DNA from: Bdellovibrionales bacterium
Lineage (GTDB): Bacteria > Bdellovibrionota > Bdellovibrionia > Bdellovibrionales > CAYMLA01
Reading direction: 5' to 3'
Assembly: GCA_965217115.1 (NCBI GenBank)
Contig: OZ244239.1
Coordinates: 960,001-1,024,000, forward strand
Length of the DNA stretch: 64,000 bases
Below the pieces are notes generated by a model, which was not told the DNA's origin, did no database searches, and saw only the letters and a program-made list of their open reading frames with translations. Positions 60,901-64,000 of this stretch are shown here, piece after piece (position 1 is the stretch's first letter; the number at the start of each line of letters is the position of its first letter). Both the position numbers and the translations under genes were made by a program.

Positions 60901-61014
60901 AACACAGTAATATACCTCATAAATTAGGTGTTTAGTCTACTAATTCATCTCTCTCACTATAAAATAGTGCCATTCTCATTTCCTTGCATTTAAGACCTTT
61001 TTTAGTTAGTGTTC

Positions 61015-61066
61015 TCCCCATTGGCCTTGGCATTGATCTCTAAACAGACAATGACCACATTTGGGA
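61015..61066 (+). ncRNA. pan RNA motif-like cis-regulatory hairpin
   Basis: TGG-CATTG-A-TCT-CTAAAC-AGA-CAATG-A-CCA stem with two bulged As in the leader of the pan operon. Confidence 0.45.
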
Positions 61067-61092
61067 CGATTTATAATTTAACTTAAGGGGAC

Positions 61093-61866
61093 TTGAACCT
61101 GGAACGGGTACCTCAAAAAAAACATCAGTATCTTATCGTCGGCAACGGTCGTATGGCGAACCATTGCACACGTTACTTTCAATACCTACAAATTCCCTAC
61201 TTAAAATGGACACGATCACAGATATCCCAGTCCAAAAAATGTACTTTACAAGAAAAAATTCAAAAATGCTCTCATATCCTTCTGCTCATTAATGATGATG
61301 CTATCGAGCCTTTTTTTCAAGAGAACAAAAATTTCTTTAAAAACAAAATACTCCTTCACTTCTCTGGCCATCTGGTTCTTGATCAGATCATTGATTTACA
61401 CCCTCTGATGACCTTTGGGCTAAAACCATACGATAAAAAAACTTACCAATCCACGGGGTTTGTCACTTCCTATGCAGATTTTAACAAAGACATCCACCTC
61501 CCTGGTGTACCTAACCATGTCTATGAAATACTTCCTGAAAAAAAACATCTTTACCACGCAAGTTGTGTCTTGGCAGGAAATTTCACCCACCTTCTTTGGA
61601 CAAAATTAAAAAATAATTTTGCAGAGCTCAACCTGCCCGAAGAACTCTATCTTCCCTACTTAATACAAACCTTAGAAAACCTAACCCAGAAAGAAACTGC
61701 AAACACCCTCACTGGCCCACTTGCTAGGAAAGACAAACAAACCATAAAAAACAATCTCAAAGCCTTGAAAAACGATCCCTATCAAAAGGTCTATCAAGCA
61801 TTCGTCGACGCTCACCTTGGTTCTGATTTTTTACACACACCCCTCTTACAGGAAACTCAATTATGA
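61093..61866 (+). CDS. panG: Rossmann-like/DUF2520 ketopantoate reductase (PanG-like)
   Basis: GNGRMA, HFSG, HPLMTF, YHASCVLAGNF, LTGPLAR.D; first gene of pan operon. Confidence 0.75.
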   Translation: MNLERVPQKKHQYLIVGNGRMANHCTRYFQYLQIPYLKWTRSQISQSKKCTLQEKIQKCSHILLLINDDAIEPFFQENKNFFKNKILLHFSGHLVLDQIIDLHPLMTFGLKPYDKKTYQSTGFVTSYADFNKDIHLPGVPNHVYEILPEKKHLYHASCVLAGNFTHLLWTKLKNNFAELNLPEELYLPYLIQTLENLTQKETANTLTGPLARKDKQTIKNNLKALKNDPYQKVYQAFVDAHLGSDFLHTPLLQETQL

Positions 61867-62654
61867 ATACCGCCCTCTCTTTTAAAGCCAAAAAAATAGA
61901 ACAACGGAAAATTTCTATTAGCACTTGCTATGATTACACTTCGGCACAAATTATTAATTCAACAGAAATAGATGCCATTTTAGTTGGTGATAGTGTCTCC
62001 ATGGTTATTCATGGCCATTCCTCCACAGTTCATGCCACCATGGATATGATGGCCATGCACACAGCTGCCGTCTCCAAAGGCGCTCCTGATAAATTCCTTA
62101 TTGCTGACATGCCGTTTCTCTCCTATCGCAAGAGCACATGCGACACACTCAACAACGTTCAACTCCTGATGAAGCAAGGTGCCCATGCCATTAAGCTCGA
62201 AGGAACTGAAGGCAATTTAGAGACCATACGTCATATCGTTGATTCTGGAGTTCCCGTTATGGGCCACCTCGGCCTCACCCCTCAATTTGTTAATCAATTT
62301 GGTGGTTTTAAAGTTCAAGGTAAAAATGCCACACAAGCAAAAGAAATACATAGGCAAGCTATCCAACTCCAAGAGGCAGGGTGTTTTTCCATTGTTCTTG
62401 AATGTGTCCCCTCTCCCTTAGGCGAACAGATTACTCAGAAGATTAATATTCCAACCATTGGCATCGGTGCAGGTCCACACACCGACGGACAAATTCTTGT
62501 TTTTCAAGACTTCCTAGGTATGCAAAAAAACTTTCAACCTAAATTTGTAAAAAAATATCTCAATGGCTTTGATCTCATACAAAAATCACTCAACTCCTTT
62601 CATCAAGATATTGTAAACCAATCATTCCCCTCTAAACAGGAGAGTTACGAATGA
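61863..62654 (+). CDS. panB: 3-methyl-2-oxobutanoate hydroxymethyltransferase
   Basis: LVGDS, ADMPFLSY, KLEG, MGHLGLTPQ, IGIGAG..TDGQILV. Confidence 0.97.
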   Translation: MNTALSFKAKKIEQRKISISTCYDYTSAQIINSTEIDAILVGDSVSMVIHGHSSTVHATMDMMAMHTAAVSKGAPDKFLIADMPFLSYRKSTCDTLNNVQLLMKQGAHAIKLEGTEGNLETIRHIVDSGVPVMGHLGLTPQFVNQFGGFKVQGKNATQAKEIHRQAIQLQEAGCFSIVLECVPSPLGEQITQKINIPTIGIGAGPHTDGQILVFQDFLGMQKNFQPKFVKKYLNGFDLIQKSLNSFHQDIVNQSFPSKQESYE

Positions 62655-63406
62655 AACTTTATCGACAACTCAACCAATGGCAAAGAGAGAAAAAACAGCT
62701 CAAAGGAAAAACTATTGGATTTGTCCCAACTATGGGTGCACTTCACCAAGGGCATCTTTCCCTAATTGAAAGATCGGCCCAAGAAAATGACTTTACAGTT
62801 CTTAGTATTTTTCTCAATCCAACACAGTTTAACAAGAAATTTGATTTAAACTCTTATCCTTCGGCCTTTGAGCAAGACCTAGAATCAGCGAAATCTTACG
62901 GCGCCACCCATGTTTTGTCTCCTTCCTATGAAGAACTCTACGCAGATGACTATAATTATAAGATCACAGAAAAAAATCTCAGCCCTCGTTTCTGTGGCTC
63001 CCATCGACCTGGACACTTTGACGGTGTACTCACTGTCATTATGAAATTCTTAAATATCGTAGGAGCTAACAATGCTTATTTTGGAGAAAAAGACTTTCAA
63101 CAGTTCCAACTCATAAAGGGAATGACTGAAGCATTTTTTATGTCTACGGAAATAATTCCTTGTCCTACAATACGGGAAAAAGATGGCCTTCCCATGAGTT
63201 CTCGTAACTTAAGGCTCAATTCACAGCAGAGAAGCTTAGCCGCGAATTTTAATCAAATTCTTTCATCAAGTAACGATGTTGATTTTATTAAATCCTCTCT
63301 CCAAAAAAAAGGATTTCAAGTTGATTATGTCGAAACATTTTTTGGCCGCAAATTAGCCGCCGTAAACATTGATAACATTAGGTTAATTGACAATGTCTCA
63401 ATGTAA
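62651..63406 (+). CDS. panC: Pantoate--beta-alanine ligase
   Basis: FVPTMGALHQGH, NPTQF, RPGHFDGV, FGEKDFQQ, MSSRN, RLIDN. Confidence 0.97.
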   Translation: MKLYRQLNQWQREKKQLKGKTIGFVPTMGALHQGHLSLIERSAQENDFTVLSIFLNPTQFNKKFDLNSYPSAFEQDLESAKSYGATHVLSPSYEELYADDYNYKITEKNLSPRFCGSHRPGHFDGVLTVIMKFLNIVGANNAYFGEKDFQQFQLIKGMTEAFFMSTEIIPCPTIREKDGLPMSSRNLRLNSQQRSLAANFNQILSSSNDVDFIKSSLQKKGFQVDYVETFFGRKLAAVNIDNIRLIDNVSM

Positions 63407-64000
63407 CCCTCCCTATAAGATTTTGTTGAAAATTTCTGGCTCCATAGCAGCCTATAAGGCGGCTATGCTTTGTTCACAGCTAACGCAAAGAGGCTACGAT
63501 GTAAAAGTCGTCTGTAGTCAAAATGCCCTTAAATTCATTGGAGCTACCACATTTGAAGGCTTGACTGGACACGCTGTCTCTTCTGATACTTTTGAACGCG
63601 GTAAAGCGATGGATCACATCCACCTCATGCGCTGGGCTGATCTCACCTTGCTCTATCCTGCTACAGCAAACACACTTAACAAACTCTCCCATGGCTTTGG
63701 TGACGATCTTCTTTCAACACTTTTTCTCGCCCATGACTTTTCCAAGCCCTATCTCATAGCTCCCGCGATGAACGATAAAATGTTCCATCACCCCACAACT
63801 CAAGCTTCTTTGAAAAAAATTAACGACATGGGCCTCCATATTTTCCCCATCCAAAAAGGTCGTCTCGCCTGTGGCGAACAAGGTGATGGTCGAATCATTG
63901 AGCCCGAAAAAGTGATCTCCTTTATTGAGAATTACTTTTCATCATCTAAGCAACCCCAAACAGCACAACCACAAAATATTCTTATCTCTTCGGGAGGAAC
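63393..64000 (+). CDS. coaBC: Phosphopantothenoylcysteine decarboxylase/ligase, 5' part (runs off window)
   Basis: Read directly: MSQCNPPYKILLKISGSIAAYK...PATAN...APAMNDKM...GRLACGEQGDGR...ILISSGG; not in ORF track. Confidence 0.93.
   Translation, partial: MSQCNPPYKILLKISGSIAAYKAAMLCSQLTQRGYDVKVVCSQNALKFIGATTFEGLTGHAVSSDTFERGKAMDHIHLMRWADLTLLYPATANTLNKLSHGFGDDLLSTLFLAHDFSKPYLIAPAMNDKMFHHPTTQASLKKINDMGLHIFPIQKGRLACGEQGDGRIIEPEKVISFIENYFSSSKQPQTAQPQNILISSGG

Overview
AT-rich bacterial chromosome segment. Gene content and order (dcw cluster, folD, Flp/Tad pilins, aspS, rpoH, fliA-flhG-flhF, long AMIN-type FliO) suggest a Bdellovibrionota (Bdellovibrionales-like) organism; this is inference, not a search result. 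Most genes are housekeeping: rsmH-ftsL-ftsI-murE-murF-mraY-murD, hpt, folD, aspS, trxB, trmB, leuS, speA/speB, ribD, hppD, guaD, panG-panB-panC-coaBC. I saw no rRNA, tRNA, CRISPR array, transposase or integrase. Points of most interest: (1) a stripped flagellar operon, fliO-flhF-flhG-fliA, which keeps a sigma-54 promoter and a FleQ-type enhancer palindrome but lacks fliLMN and fliPQR-flhB-flhA, and whose FlhG has a broken ATPase site; (2) a pilin-only Tad cluster containing a 57-aa prepilin missed by the ORF track; (3) a scramblase/LURP-one-type gene inside the peptidoglycan operon; (4) a divergent SelO-like AMPylase near a peroxiredoxin/ATP-grasp pair; (5) a DDxxD isoprenoid-synthase-like orphan behind a candidate FliA promoter; (6) a pan-motif-like RNA hairpin; (7) signs of genome erosion (doubly deleted LTA-synthase-family gene, no mraZ, ATC/ATT starts). 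All calls come from reading motifs by eye; no searches were run.
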